The notes under the pieces are model-generated. The model made no database searches. It saw only the letters and a list, made by a program, of their open reading frames with translations, and was not told the DNA's origin. Shown here one piece after another: positions 1 to 12,056 of a stretch of DNA of 64,000 nt. The position numbers and the translations under genes are program-made. The stretch is taken from contig JAMDHS010000002.1 in assembly GCA_029717555.1 (NCBI GenBank), positions 372,001 to 436,000 on the forward strand, given 5' to 3'. The DNA is from Peribolospora baueri. Taxonomy: Eukaryota. The number at the start of each line of letters is the position of its first letter. The stretch's first letter is position 1.

Positions 1-60
1 GCGGAAATCGGAGCTCTTGATTGACAAGCGACCGATGTTTTCTCCTTTGCTATTGCTTAG

Positions 61-3000
61 GTAGAGCAATGCTTCTCGCTGCGAGCATCGGCATTTCAGA
101 TCTTCTTCACTGACGATGATGGCGAGGAGGTGAATTGTTCTTTCGTACATCGGCCTCTGCGCCGCCAAGGTTGCACCTCACCGTTGTCCCCGACGCGTTT
201 TTCGTTTCTTTTTTCACTGTAACGACAGTGTGAAATTGCTTCAGAGGATGACCTTACAGAGGCGATCGCATATTTCGAGTCCGGCGACGTCGATCTCGGC
301 GAGAATCCATCGTCGACGACAACCACAGCCGAAGGTAGCTCTTCAGCCTCGGCGACGCGCGTCAACATGCGCGTCGCCATCTCCGTGGACTATGATGGAC
401 CAAACCTCTCCGATACCGCCTCGACGTACAGCTCCTGGACAGCCTCCTCAGCAGCCAGTTCGCGCAGGACTGGCGTGGGCATGGAGAGCGTTGCCAACTC
501 CGTCACATTCGATCGGTCGGACACTTCGAGTTTCAAATCGGCCGGTGGCCCTTCCGTAGCTCCTCGTGCGCCCGCGCGGGAACTTTACATCGGCCTGGAC
601 GACTGGGATGACGACGACGATGACGACGACGACAACGATGACGACGACGACGACGACGATCGCCTCACCATCTGCTCTTTCAGCTCCAACCGACGCGCAC
701 CCTCCCTTCCCTTCGCCCCTACGCGAACGCAGAGCGCCTCGGACGTTTTCGACGCCGATCTCAAGTCTCTGTCCCTGTCTTCTCCGACTAGCTCGGATGA
801 AGAGGAGAGCGAGGCTGTTGAGGGGGCCTCTTCTCACCGTTCCCGCAGCAGCAAGTACGACGCCCGAAGACCTAGACGACGACGGAACAAGCTAACCCCT
901 CCCCGTCTATTGGCCCGCGAGCCTACGTACGGAGCGAATTGGACTTCGGTCCCAGGCTCCTCCACCTCAAGCCGCATTGGGCCGCTCACGCCCGAGCCCG
1001 TACCGCCGGCGCCGACGGAGACCACGTGCTGCGCGGCTTGCCGGGCCGATCTGGACTCGCTCCGGTACGTGCGTCGTTTGCGGACCGAGCAAGCCTATCT
1101 CAACAAGCGATTCTGGTACGGCTACCGAGGAAGCGGACCCGACGGGCTACTTGAAAGGAGAGGCGCGTGGTTTTGGAGACACGGCGACAGCTTCTGACGG
1201 CAAAGGAGCCGACCGTGATGACGTGGTGGAGGACGATGGAAGTTTTGGTGCCTCTTCAACCGTGGCGGCGAACGCTACTGCGGAGAAAGGCCTGATTTCG
1301 AACCCACGGACAGACGTGCAGTCGCGATCAAGGCGATCGGGCCGAGTATCGCCACCATCTCCTTCCACCACCGTACCCGCGCTGGTTCCGTCATCCACTC
1401 TTCCGCCGCAGACGGAGGGGGGATTCGAACTGTGCGCATCTTGTGTCGAGGTAGAGGGTCATCAGCACTCCGTCGCCCTCGCCGCGCACGGTCTCTCTTC
1501 CTCTGCTTTGACTGTTGCTGGCGAATCGTCTGGATCCGCACTAAGGACGACGAGACGATTGGGAAAGAGGCCTATGCGTCATGCGTTTCAGGAGTTGATG
1601 TGGGGAGTAGGTGGATGGCAGGAAGTGGGTGAGTACGGGTCCATGCTGTCCCATGACTGTTGACTGTGTCGGAATGGAGAGGCTCGCCAAGTTTGCTCAT
1701 GATCATCTTCCGCTTGTAGAGGACGACAGCGATCGTTCGTGCAGCATCTGTGGCTCTGGGTTGTCGATGGGCCGTTTTAAATGTGAGGGCTGTTCTCCGG
1801 ACGTCATCACCGGCTTCCTGGTCTAACTTGGTCAAGCCGAGCTTCTCAGGCATAGCGCGTTGTCATGCTGACCAACGGGACTCACTTCTGTCGTCTTGGG
1901 CAGGCATTTCGTGCAACCGATTCGACTTGTGTCAACAATGTTATCAGAAGGTCGGCGAAATGTGAGCGACACGGGCATTGATGTTTTTAAATTCTTTCCT
2001 CAATATTATCTCTATGACTTACGTCGTCTCCATACGGCCTTGTCTATCCATTTCAGCCACCCTATTCACGCCTTCCTCGCAGTTGGCGACTCGGGCCGAC
2101 CAGATGGGATCCTGTATGGAGGGAAAGGACGTCCGAATGGCGGTGGCGCGCCGTCCAGAGGGTATTCTCGCACCATGATCTCTTCGTTGACAAGCTCAGG
2201 AAAGCCTTCTGCCCTACCTGCTAGGATAGAACATCCCGGCACTACATGTCATTCTTGCATGCGCACCCCCATCGTCGGAGCTCGATTCCACTGCATCAGC
2301 TGCGAGAGAGGCAGAGATTACGTGAGCGACTTGTTCGACAGCGGCGGAAGGAGCTGGAGGTTGTACTGATGTCACATTCGGCGATTGTTCTCTTTAGTGT
2401 GCTGCCTGCGAGTTCAGCGGCCAGATATTTGCAACTCATGGTGGTCACGACCCTTCTCACATTCTCATCAAGATACCTTTACCCGTCGGCGCCTCCTCTT
2501 TCCAGCTCGCTACGGAGCGAGCCAGGCAGCTCCAAGATACGGACGTTTTACCTGTTACGACGGACGCCTTTTCAGAAACGAACGGATCAGCCAGCGCGCC
2601 TCTCATCGTACGAGCTCCAACCGTCCACCCAGGCGTCCACTGCTCGACCTGCTCACGCCCCGTAGTGGGCACCCGCTACCTCTGCGCAAACTGTCCCCTC
2701 CTGCCAGACTTCAATCTATGTTCCGACTGCGAGCGCTCCTCCGCCGATCTTCATGACCCCTTACATTTTTTCATAAAGATCGACAGACCCGCGTCCATGC
2801 CATTGCCCACACCCGCGCCGTTGCTGAGAATGCTGTACAAGTTGCCTGACGGTGCGGATATGCATGGTCAGAATGCCATCGGACGCGGTGGAGTGGACCT
2901 GCTTCGCCTGCATAGTCTGGCAAGGCAGGAGACCGTGCCTCTAGAAGAGCTCGTGCACCCGTGAGTATCGGGGGATAATCCAATTCGTACTTCCTATACT

Positions 3001-3525
3001 CTTCCGACGTTGTAGGCGAATCTTGTTTGATCTCACGCCCCCTTTTTATCCTATTGTCCTCGACGTTCCGTTATCTTATTAATTCGTGCGCAGCTCTGTC
3101 TTCTGTGACGGTTGCTTTGAGAACGTCCAGGGCGCCTGGTTCAGGTGCTGCAACTGTTCCGTCGGCTTTGATCTCGTGAGTGACTATTCACCCACCCGCT
3201 GCGTGTGGTCGATCCGGCGCGTCTTGCTACGAAGACTAATTTCGTCTGGGCCGTGGCTCCTCTCTCAAACTTGCAGTGTTCCAACTGCGAGGCCGAGTCG
3301 AAGCATAATCCTCGCCACGTCTTCGCTGTCTTCAAACGACCCGTGAGCACGATTGCGTCCAGTTGTAACCATCGATCCATTTGGCCGCTAATTCTGGCCG
3401 CTAATCCTCGGTCTGTTGTTCACATCTTGGTGGCATTGCAGGTGGACATGGCGCTCTTCAAAGCGGTCGTGGATCTTTCCAGCGCTGAAGGACGCCCCAT
3501 GCTCCCCTTCGAGATGTATCAGTAG
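61..3525 (+). CDS. PB1 domain + five ZZ-type zinc finger protein (Nbr1/p62-like architecture); multi-exon, 5' end outside the window, apparent frameshift at ~1070
   Basis: Exons 61-129 and 228- splice to VEQCFSLRASAFQIFFTDDDGEE|CEIASEDDLTEAIAYF (PB1 OPCA acidic motif). ZZ motifs: CAAC..RYV(C)VVC..FELCASC; CSIC..RFKCISC..FDLCQQC; HPGTTCHSC..RFHCISC..DYCAAC; HPGVHCSTC..RYLCANC..FNLCSDC; FCDGC..WFRCCNC..FDLCSNC. Stop TAG at 3523-3525. Confidence 0.85.
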
Positions 3526-5300
3526 CATGTCATATCAGGTCTTAACCCGAAGGGCGATTGAAGACGTGTGTGTGTGTGCATAATGTGCTGACTGACACGT
3601 ACTTAGACCAGGTCGACACCTCCGGTGCGACGGCGACTACGACCTCCGCCCAGTACACCATTGATTTATGTTCTTTCCCCTAGCAATTTACCTCTGGCGT
3701 CCTCCCCTCGGGGCGCTTCCTGATGCCAGCACAACCCGCGGCGCATATAGAGAGACATGTGGTGTACAAATCCGGGCGAGGACATATCGTCACTGCGAGC
3801 GGGACGGTGACAAGAACGATGTCAATTCTTGACGCCTTCTCGCTCAAAGAAGACCGACTGAGCGGGCATGACGATGGTCTCTGTTTTAGCCATAACCCTA
3901 ACTGAATGGCCAACGACGTACATCCGATTGCCGTAGCGACAAGCGTCTGCCGTCCACGTTCCCGTCACATTTCTGGCCCCGTCCGTACAGATCTACATAC
4001 TTCTCTGTGGTCGACGAGGAGCTTGCGGTCATCCAGACTTGAATTTGTAAAGGCCCGCAGGCTGTGCGTGGACAGCCTCATTGTTGGAGCGGTGCGATCA
4101 CCGCCTAGGTCACGCATACGACCCTTGGAGTGGGTTAGTAGCCTTACTCGGCGTCATCTACACTAGGTAGGACCTTGAAGTGTTTAGCCCTGCTCGGCTC
4201 CATCTGGTACACAACTAGATAATTTCCGCCCGCCGGTTGGGACAAACGGCGTTGCCTTTTTGGTCTCACGTCATTGGAGCCGGGGATCATCTGCGCCACA
4301 CCATCTCCGAACGCATTTCGTCTTCACTTCACCTTAGGACGTTCTCTGGAAGAGGACAGAAAGCACAGGCCTTCCACATCATCATCCGCCCGGGTCCTCT
4401 CTGTCCGGGTCATCTGCCCCGGGTTGTCTGCTCGGTCGTCCGCCCTCCCAAGACATCCCAGCCGGATACTCTGCCCTCCCTACTTCACCGGTCCCAGTCC
4501 CTTCTCTCCATCCAGCGCGAACAGCTTGGAAGGGGCACATGAACAAGCGGCGACGGTTATGGGCGGATGGCTCACTCGGAGGAGCGTAGAAGTGTATGTG
4601 ACTAGCTAACTGGGCCTGTTCGAGTTTGCTGTGTCTCCACTCTCCTGTCCGACATTGACGGCGACGGTGATCGCGATGAATTTGCACTACGCGGCTAGAG
4701 GCCGCTTTGGCGAGATAGCACAGACCCAACCGTTCGGCGCTGATGTCTTTCCACCTTTATCCGCCCTTGCCTCGGGCCGCCACCTCCTAATTTCATATTT
4801 TTCCTCCACACTTTTCAGTCTCACTCTCCAGCTAACTCCTTCCCGAGGCCGCCGCGCCGGACGGACGGCGGCGACTGCGCTCGTCGACGTGGTGCCGATT
4901 TCCAAGATGCGCCCGTCCCCTCCGTCGTCTGAGAAAGATTCCAAATGATCTTTGCTGTCCTGCTAGCGATTCCTTTTCTCAAGTTGTCTTAGCCTTTTCC
5001 ATTTGCTCGCCAGCGTCTCCTCTCACCGTCAGGCAACGTCCCGCGCTCTCCACACCACCACTTCCGACGACGACGGTCCCCCACCGCACCCACCCTCTCT
5101 TTCGACCTCACGGTACCCCCTCTCAAACCCCCCTCACGCTCTTTATTCTTTTCCTGTCAGCATCTCTTCAGCGTAGCGTCGCTGATTGCCTGACGGCTCT
5201 TTTTGGACGGGCTCACCACTGTCATTACTTGTCTTCCCTAGCCACGTCTCCAACCCTCCCCTCCCCAGCGACTCACGGTGCGCGCCCTTATCAAGCCGTC

Positions 5301-6576
5301 ATGCGCCCCTCCGACTCTACCTCGCTCTCCACCCTCCTTCTCGGCGCCCTCGCCGTCTCCATTCCCGCACAGGCGTCCACGAACAGGCCGCCCGGAACGA
5401 TCGCCCGTGCCCCGAGCGGCTACGTCTGCTCGCGTGGCTTCTTCTGGAGCCCGCGCAATAACGTGTGCATCGAGGCGCGCGACCCGGACAGTTGGAGGCG
5501 CGACCTAGGACAGGCTGTTGGGGCCGTGACCAACACCGTTGAGTCGACCGTCGACGGCCTCGGTCAGACTGTCAGTAGTCTATTGTCCGGACTCACCGGA
5601 CCTGCTTCTAACGGAAAGGGTGCTGGCGCGGCCGCTGGGAGTTCGAAACCGCCCACAGGCACGAGCTGTGCGGCAGGTCATTTCTGGTGGTCGACCAAGG
5701 TGAGCAACGACGTTTGCGCAACAAATTGATCGGCCGGCGAACACATTCACTGACCCTCTTTGCAACGTGCTACGACTGCTTCATGACGCAGGGCCTCTGC
5801 TTGCCGGAAGGCGGTTCCCACAGCGGCTCCCCTTCTAAGGGCAAATCCTGCCCCAAGAACTGGTCTTGGGTGGCTTCCAAGGGCGTCTGCGCGCCCAACC
5901 AGCCTTCCTCGGACGATGGGAACCCGATCTGCGAACTCCTGGACACCATCTTTAACTGGGATCTCCTCTGCTGCGAGAACCAAAGCTCTCCCACCGGCTC
6001 TCAGCCCTCTGCCGCTCCTTCTGCCAGCCTCATCGCCCACCGTCACAACCATAAGCGCGACCTTGTCGGCCACGCTCACGGTCGCGGTCATCATTCGAAG
6101 GCGAAGGCGCCCTACCAGAGTGGACAGCCCCAGCCGCCTTACCAGAGCGCGCACCCCCACCACGGTAGCCCTCATCACACGTCCTCGGACCTCTGTCCCT
6201 TGCCTGGTCTCACCGCCTGCCCCGTGCTGGGCCTGGGCTCTCGCAGGGGTCTCGGCGAGCTCGTCAAGGACGCGTTTGAGTGCCTCGACGTGCTCACAGA
6301 GGTCGTAAGCTGTGGAGGGTGCCTGGCAGACAAGACGGGCACGGACTGCACCAAGCTTTCCAACGTCCGCGATGTCGGATGCCAGAACGGCGCCTGTGTC
6401 GTTCGTGAGTATCTAGGCCCGTGTAAAGTGGGCCGCGCACGCATCGGGGCGATACCGGAGACGGGGCGTTCAGCTTGTTGACTGATCGTCCTTACCCCAT
6501 TCATGCCCGTACTCTCCTTCGCCGCCTAGACTCTTGCAATGCCGGCTTCAATCTCTTGGACAACACCTGCAAGTGA
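5301..6576 (+). CDS. Secreted cysteine-rich PriA/CPL1-like protein (3 exons)
   Basis: Hydrophobic signal peptide (STLLLGALAVSIPAQA), repeated C-x(4-7)-W-x(4-7)-C modules, and a C-terminal domain LCP..LTACPV..FECLD..EVVSCGGC..GTDC..V.C..G.CVV.SC..GF typical of basidiomycete PriA/CPL1. Introns at 5700-5791 and 6405-6529. Confidence 0.85.
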
Positions 6577-7362
6577 ACGCTGGGGCGGAGATTCCGCTCG
6601 AGTCCAGTCCATCTTGCACCCTACCCTCTCGGCGTACGACGCCTCGCAATCACACAGCCCACTTCGCGATTATAGGACATCCCTCTCCTTCTCTCAACCT
6701 CGTTGTTCCTCCTTCGTCCTTTTGCCCTTCTGCAATTTGGATACCCGCCGAGCGACGGAGCCTGCTCTGTCGCGCGCTTGCTTGTCGGTTCGACTTCTTG
6801 ACGCCTCTTAGCTCCGGTAACGGGGATCCCGTTAGGGGGCTTTGCCGGGCAACGGAGGCAGGCACTTTTTCTTTGTTACGGACGCAGGGCGGGACGGCGA
6901 GGGCTTGCGCTCGCCAACACCTCAAGTCGTTCGTGCCGGGCTTGGCCCTGTTCTTCTTGTACGTAAGTTTCGGAGTGTCAATCCATGCTTCCGGACGGGT
7001 GGAACATTCTATACGCACCTCTGTCTGTCGTGTGCAGCTCCGATGTAGACGTCCGTTCTTGCGAGGCGGCAAACGCTCTCGTTGGTCATTCTTCTCCTTC
7101 GCATGTAGCAAACACTTGTTTGTCAGAAATGGCTCAACCTTGGACCGTACTGCTCAGATATCCTTTATTAAAAATCTGAACGGCACGGGATTCAGGAGTT
7201 TATAAGGAGTGGCGCCGACCCGAAGCTGACGTGCTGCGGCAACCTCCTCCGTTCTTCCGACGTCCGTGACTCGCCTGGCTTCGCGAGTTGCGACGTTGAG
7301 CTCGACAACGGTCACTCGCTTTCCTCTGCACCCTCATATCCTCCACTCGGGGCAGTCGGTTG

Positions 7363-10300
7363 ATGCTCCAAAGACTTGCGCGAGTGACATTCTACGCCGG
7401 CAGCGCTTCACCCTTTCGTACCCTTACCACTGCGCCACGTCGTCTGCTCTTCCGTTCGTCTGCCTCTGCGACCTCGACCGCTCCGCCTTCGCGCTCAGCT
7501 CTCCTCTCCGTGAGAAACACCGCCCTCTTCCCTGCCATCCGCAACGCGCATAGCAACCGTCACGCTACCGCCCCCATCATTGCCACGCGCGCCATGTCCG
7601 CTTCAACAGCCGCCGAGCCCGCCGCTGCTCCTCATCCCGTCTCGTCCAATCAGCATCCCGCCGACCCGGTGGCGGCGCTTGCTGATGGCGCTGCTGGCCT
7701 TTCCTTGGAGGACAAGAAGAGGAAGGACGAGGGGAAGAAGAAGGGAAAGAAGGCTGACGGAGGCAAGGCGCCTTTGGAGGTGAGTGGTCGTCGAGGCGCG
7801 AGGGGGTTCATGCCTTCTGCTCTTCGAATCCAATCGTGGTCTCGCTCGCGCTGACATGTTACCCGCTCTCCTCGTTTTCGCTACGGCCACGATGCGACGC
7901 CTGCGCAGATGACCCCTCCCCCGTCGTTCTTCGATCACCGCATTCAAATGTTCGAAAAGCTTCAGGCCGAGCAGGCAGAGTTTGCCAAATGTGAGTTGCC
8001 GGTCCAGCACGGCGCGACATTCTCGCCTTACCACCGTCTTGCTGCCTCTTTCCATACATACGAGAGCTGACTTGGCGCCTTCCGATCCTCCTCGATTCCC
8101 CTCTGCCACCTCATCGGAATGCCCTCATCGGAATGCCATGCAGCTCAACCGCGAGAGGCCATCACCGTCACCCTCCCGGACGGCTCGACCAAGGAGGCTA
8201 CATCTTGGGAGACGTCGCCGATGGACATCGCAAAGGCCATATCCAAGAGCTTGTCCGAGAAGATCGTCATTGCAAAAGTGAGCTTGTGGGGCCGAACGGT
8301 GGCGGCGGCGGCAGTGGGCGCTCGAGCTCTTGGATGTGCAGCAAGTACCACGGCTGCATTGCCGTTCAAAGGGAATGGAAAATCGCCTGTCAGATCTCGT
8401 TCACTGACTACCTCCTCACATCTTCATTCTGGAATGCATTCAGGTTGACGGCGTCCTCTGGGATCTTGAGAGGCCGTTGGAAGCTTCGTGCAAACTTGAG
8501 CTAGTGGACTTTGAGCACGAAGATGGTACGTTTTCTTGCTTCCGACAATCGTCTCTGTCGAGGCTCTCCGGCTGACGTTTGCGCTCGCTTCTCGTTCATA
8601 TCTTCGACCTGCTTCGCACGGCCTGAACTCTCCAGGCAAAAAGGTCTTCTGGCACTCGTCCGCGCACGTCCTCGGTGAGGCGGCCGAGCGACACTATGGC
8701 TGCCACCTTTGCATCGGACCTCCCACCGAGGAAGGTTTCTTCTACGAGATGGCCATGGGCGAGAGTGGGGACCGGTGAGTGGAAAAATGATTACTTCTAT
8801 TGTGCTGCGATAACACAAGCTGCACGGTGGGCTGAACATGCTTCCTGGCTTCTGTATTTGGGCTTCCCGGCATATTTCCTTTCTTCAGCGTCGTATCCGC
8901 CGGTGACTATGGCAACCTCGAGACCATCGTAAAGAGCGCCGTCAAGGACAAGCAAAAGTTCGAGAGACTGGTGGTCAAGAAGGAGACCCTTCTCGAGATG
9001 TTCAAGGTAAGGAAGCGAAACTTTCCTGTTCGCGAGCAGAGACGAACGTGCAGCGGGCTCTGATCCGTCGGTGCCTCGTTTCGCCCTTGCAGTATAACAA
9101 ATACAAGACGCACATCATCGACAGCAAGATTCCTGATGGCACGTCGACGACCGTCTACCGCTGTGGTCCCATGATCGACCTGTGTGTCGGCCCGCACATC
9201 CCTCACACCGGAAAGATCAAGGCGTTGTCGATCCTCAAGGTGGGTCCCGGCCATCCGCTTCATCGTTAACGCGTGCGACGTCAATGGCGAAGAGCAGGAC
9301 ATGGGACTCACTATCATCACGCGCATCCGTTTCCCCGATCCAGAACTCGGCGTCCTACTTTCTCGGTGACCAGAACAACGACTCTCTTCAGCGAATTTAC
9401 GGCATCTCGTTCCCTGACACCAAGCAGATGACGGAGTACAAAAAGTTCCTCGAGGAGGCGGCTAAGCGTGATCACCGCAAAATCGGAAAGGAGCAAGAAC
9501 TTTTCTTCTTCCACGACCTCAGCCCGGGTAGCGCCTTCTTCTTGCCACACGGAGCCAGGATTTACAACTGCCTACTGGATTTCATGAAGGTGAGTTTCGG
9601 TTCCATGTTGCCGACGTCGAGGCCAACCGAATTTCTGACCGAGCCTCGCGTTTTTCTTTCTCCTTTCCCTTTGGATGGTTCTAGTCCGAATACCGCAAGC
9701 GTGGTTTCCACGAGGTCGTCACCCCAAACATGTTTAACGCCAAGCTCTGGGAGACGTCCGGCCACTGGGCTAACTACAAAGACGACATGTTCGTGCTCGA
9801 CGTCGACAAGGAGAAATTCGGCCTCAAGCCCATGAACTGCCCCGGCCACGCGCTCATGTTCGGCAGCCGCGACCGTTCTTACAAGGAGCTCCCTCTCCGC
9901 CTCGCCGACTTTGGCGTGCTTCACCGCAACGAGGCTTCCGGTGCTCTCACCGGCCTTACGAGGGTGAGACGCTTCCAGCAGGACGACGCGCACATCTTCT
10001 GCATGCACAACCAGGTGAGTCATCCTTTTTTTTGCATTGTTCCGCGATGCGTTGGTCGGAGGAAACGAATGACGGTCTTGTTAACCTTCATTGCGCCGCT
10101 TCGTTTCTCGTGTCCAGATCGAAGACGAAATGATGGGCTGCTTCGATTTTATGAACCATGTCTACGGTCTCTTCGGGTTCGAGTTCAAGCTTGAGCTCTC
10201 GACCCGACCGGACAAATATTTGGGAGAGATCGCCACATGGGACCAGGCTGAGAAGGTAAGTCTCTACTTCGCTTCGAGATGACGAGGCAGGCAAATCGCT

Positions 10301-11101
10301 GAAATCACCGCACCGTCTTTTCGATCACTCCCACAGAGCCTCGCAGCCGCTCTTGACCGGTTCGTTCCCGGCAAGTGGGAGGTCAACCCTGGCGATGGTG
10401 CATTCTACGGTCCTAAGGTGGACATTGCCATTTCGGACGCGATGCGACGCCGACACCAGTGCGCCACTATCCAGCTCGACTTCCAGCTCCCTCAGCGCTT
10501 CAATCTCGAGTACCGCGGCCCTGGAGGTGCGGGCGAGGAGGGGGCGGCTGCCATGGAGAGGCCCGTAATGATCCATCGCGCCATCTTGGGTAGCTTGGAG
10601 AGGTTCATCGCCATCCTCACCGAACACTTTGCCGGCAAATGGTGAGTCCTTTGGCGTCGTCCCTCCCGTCTCGCGCATTCTTCTTCAAGCTGCATGGTCT
10701 GGCGATGGAATGAGCGCTGACGGTTGATACGATGACGCTTCGGCAACAGGCCTTTCTGGATCTCTCCTCGCCAGGTGCTAATCATCCCCGTCGCTGCCGC
10801 CTTCAAGCCCTACGCGGCGGAGATCGCCTCCATGCTCTCTGGTGCGCCGTACAACATGTACGCTGACGCGGACCTGTCGGACAACACGCTGCCCAAGAAG
10901 ATCCGCAACGGCGAGATCGCACAGTACAACTTCATCCTCGTCGTCGGCCAGGAGGAGCTCGACACTCGTTCGGTCAACGTGCGCAACCGCGACGATGCCG
11001 GTCAGAAGGGCAAGGCGCAGACGGTTAAGCTGGAGGAGGTGGCGAGCTTGCTCAAGAGCCTTAAGGAGGAGAGGAGGCTCGAAAACAAGCTGACCGTGTA
11101 G
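7363..11101 (+). CDS. THS1: Threonyl-tRNA synthetase (multi-exon); upstream ATG 7363 adds a presequence, downstream ATG 7594 gives the short form
   Basis: TGS domain ([19 protein letters not shown]), editing-domain [12 protein letters not shown] and [78 protein letters not shown], and anticodon-binding domain ending ENKLTV*. Confidence 0.97.
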
Positions 11102-11744
11102 AGTCCGTCGTCGTTAGTTCCCGGTCCGTGTGTATGACCCTGTCCTTTCACCACCACTTGTCCCTGCCCGGAGGTTTGAGGAAACTTTTGGTCGCGTTAG
11201 TTAATTCACCCCGCGGGTTTGTCGGTCCTAAGCTTTAGGTCGCTGTCTGAAGTCGGCCGCCTAAAGCCGCCGATCGCCCTATTGCGAGAAGACTAGGTCT
11301 CCCCGTTCTCGTCTTCCTCTTTTTTTTCCTTCACACATTTTACCACAGCTCCTCCTTACCAAAGTCCGGGCATGACCTCATCGCTTCCAGTCGCTCGGGA
11401 ACAATGGCGGAGGAGCGAGATGAAGGGTTTTCCATGGGCGGTTATTTAATACGGGCTCGGGGACCTTCTCTTTTCCATCCCATGGAAGGAGACGGCGATC
11501 CCACCCCCCGCTCGTTTCGCGCCGCTCGGCCATACTTTACGTTAAAGCGTTTCTTTGCCCTCTCCCATTTTCCTTTTTTTTTTCTTCTTTTTTTTTTCGT
11601 TGTTCTTTGCATGTTAGCCGGCTTTGGCTTCTTCCTGTCGGTAGGCAAAGGGGATGGTTAGCCGCTGTAGTCTTCCAGTGAGATTGGGACGGTGGGACGG
11701 TGGGCTCTGTCGCACAAGACGTCCCCCTTCCCGTCGGCCCGTTC

Positions 11745-11788
11745 GAACGTACCAAAATTATTATTTGAACGTACCAAAATTATTATTT
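11745..11788. repeat. Perfect 22-bp tandem duplication GAACGTACCAAAATTATTATTT x2
   Basis: Read directly at 11745-11766 and 11767-11788. Confidence 0.9.
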
Positions 11789-12056
11789 TACATGTCCCGA
11801 TGTGTCGAATACAATTCCGTGACGCTATCCAGAGGCAGGACTTTTTGACGATCCTGGACGTTCAAGTGCTGACACGAAAGACGGTGGTAGGAAAAAAAAA
11901 AGCGATCGGCGCGGCGCTGATATTGGTGAAGTTAGACCGTCGAGTGGTGATCAACTGCGACGACGACGACGACATCGACAGCGAGCCTCGCTAGGCCTGC
12001 ATCGCTCTTTGCTTCCCTAATACTCGGTTCATCTCGGCATAGGCCCTCCACTCGCC

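Noticed and set aside
607..660. (GAC)n repeat, and GAG/GCG repeats at 13155-13185 and 13595-13632
   Set aside because: Coding poly-Asp, poly-Glu and poly-Ala tracts, not separate elements.
3893..3902. TAACCCTAAC in a 1.8 kb intergenic region as a possible telomerase RNA template
   Set aside because: A 10-mer from any telomere-repeat permutation is expected about once by chance in 64 kb on both strands, and I could not identify a pseudoknot or CR4/5-like element.
8109..8136. 14-bp tandem duplication CCTCATCGGAATGC x2
   Set aside because: Lies within a ThrRS intron and looks like neutral slippage.
11361..11371. AAAGTCCGGGC resembling the RNase P/MRP P4 5' strand
   Set aside because: The conserved upstream GGA and a matching 3' P4 strand were not found.
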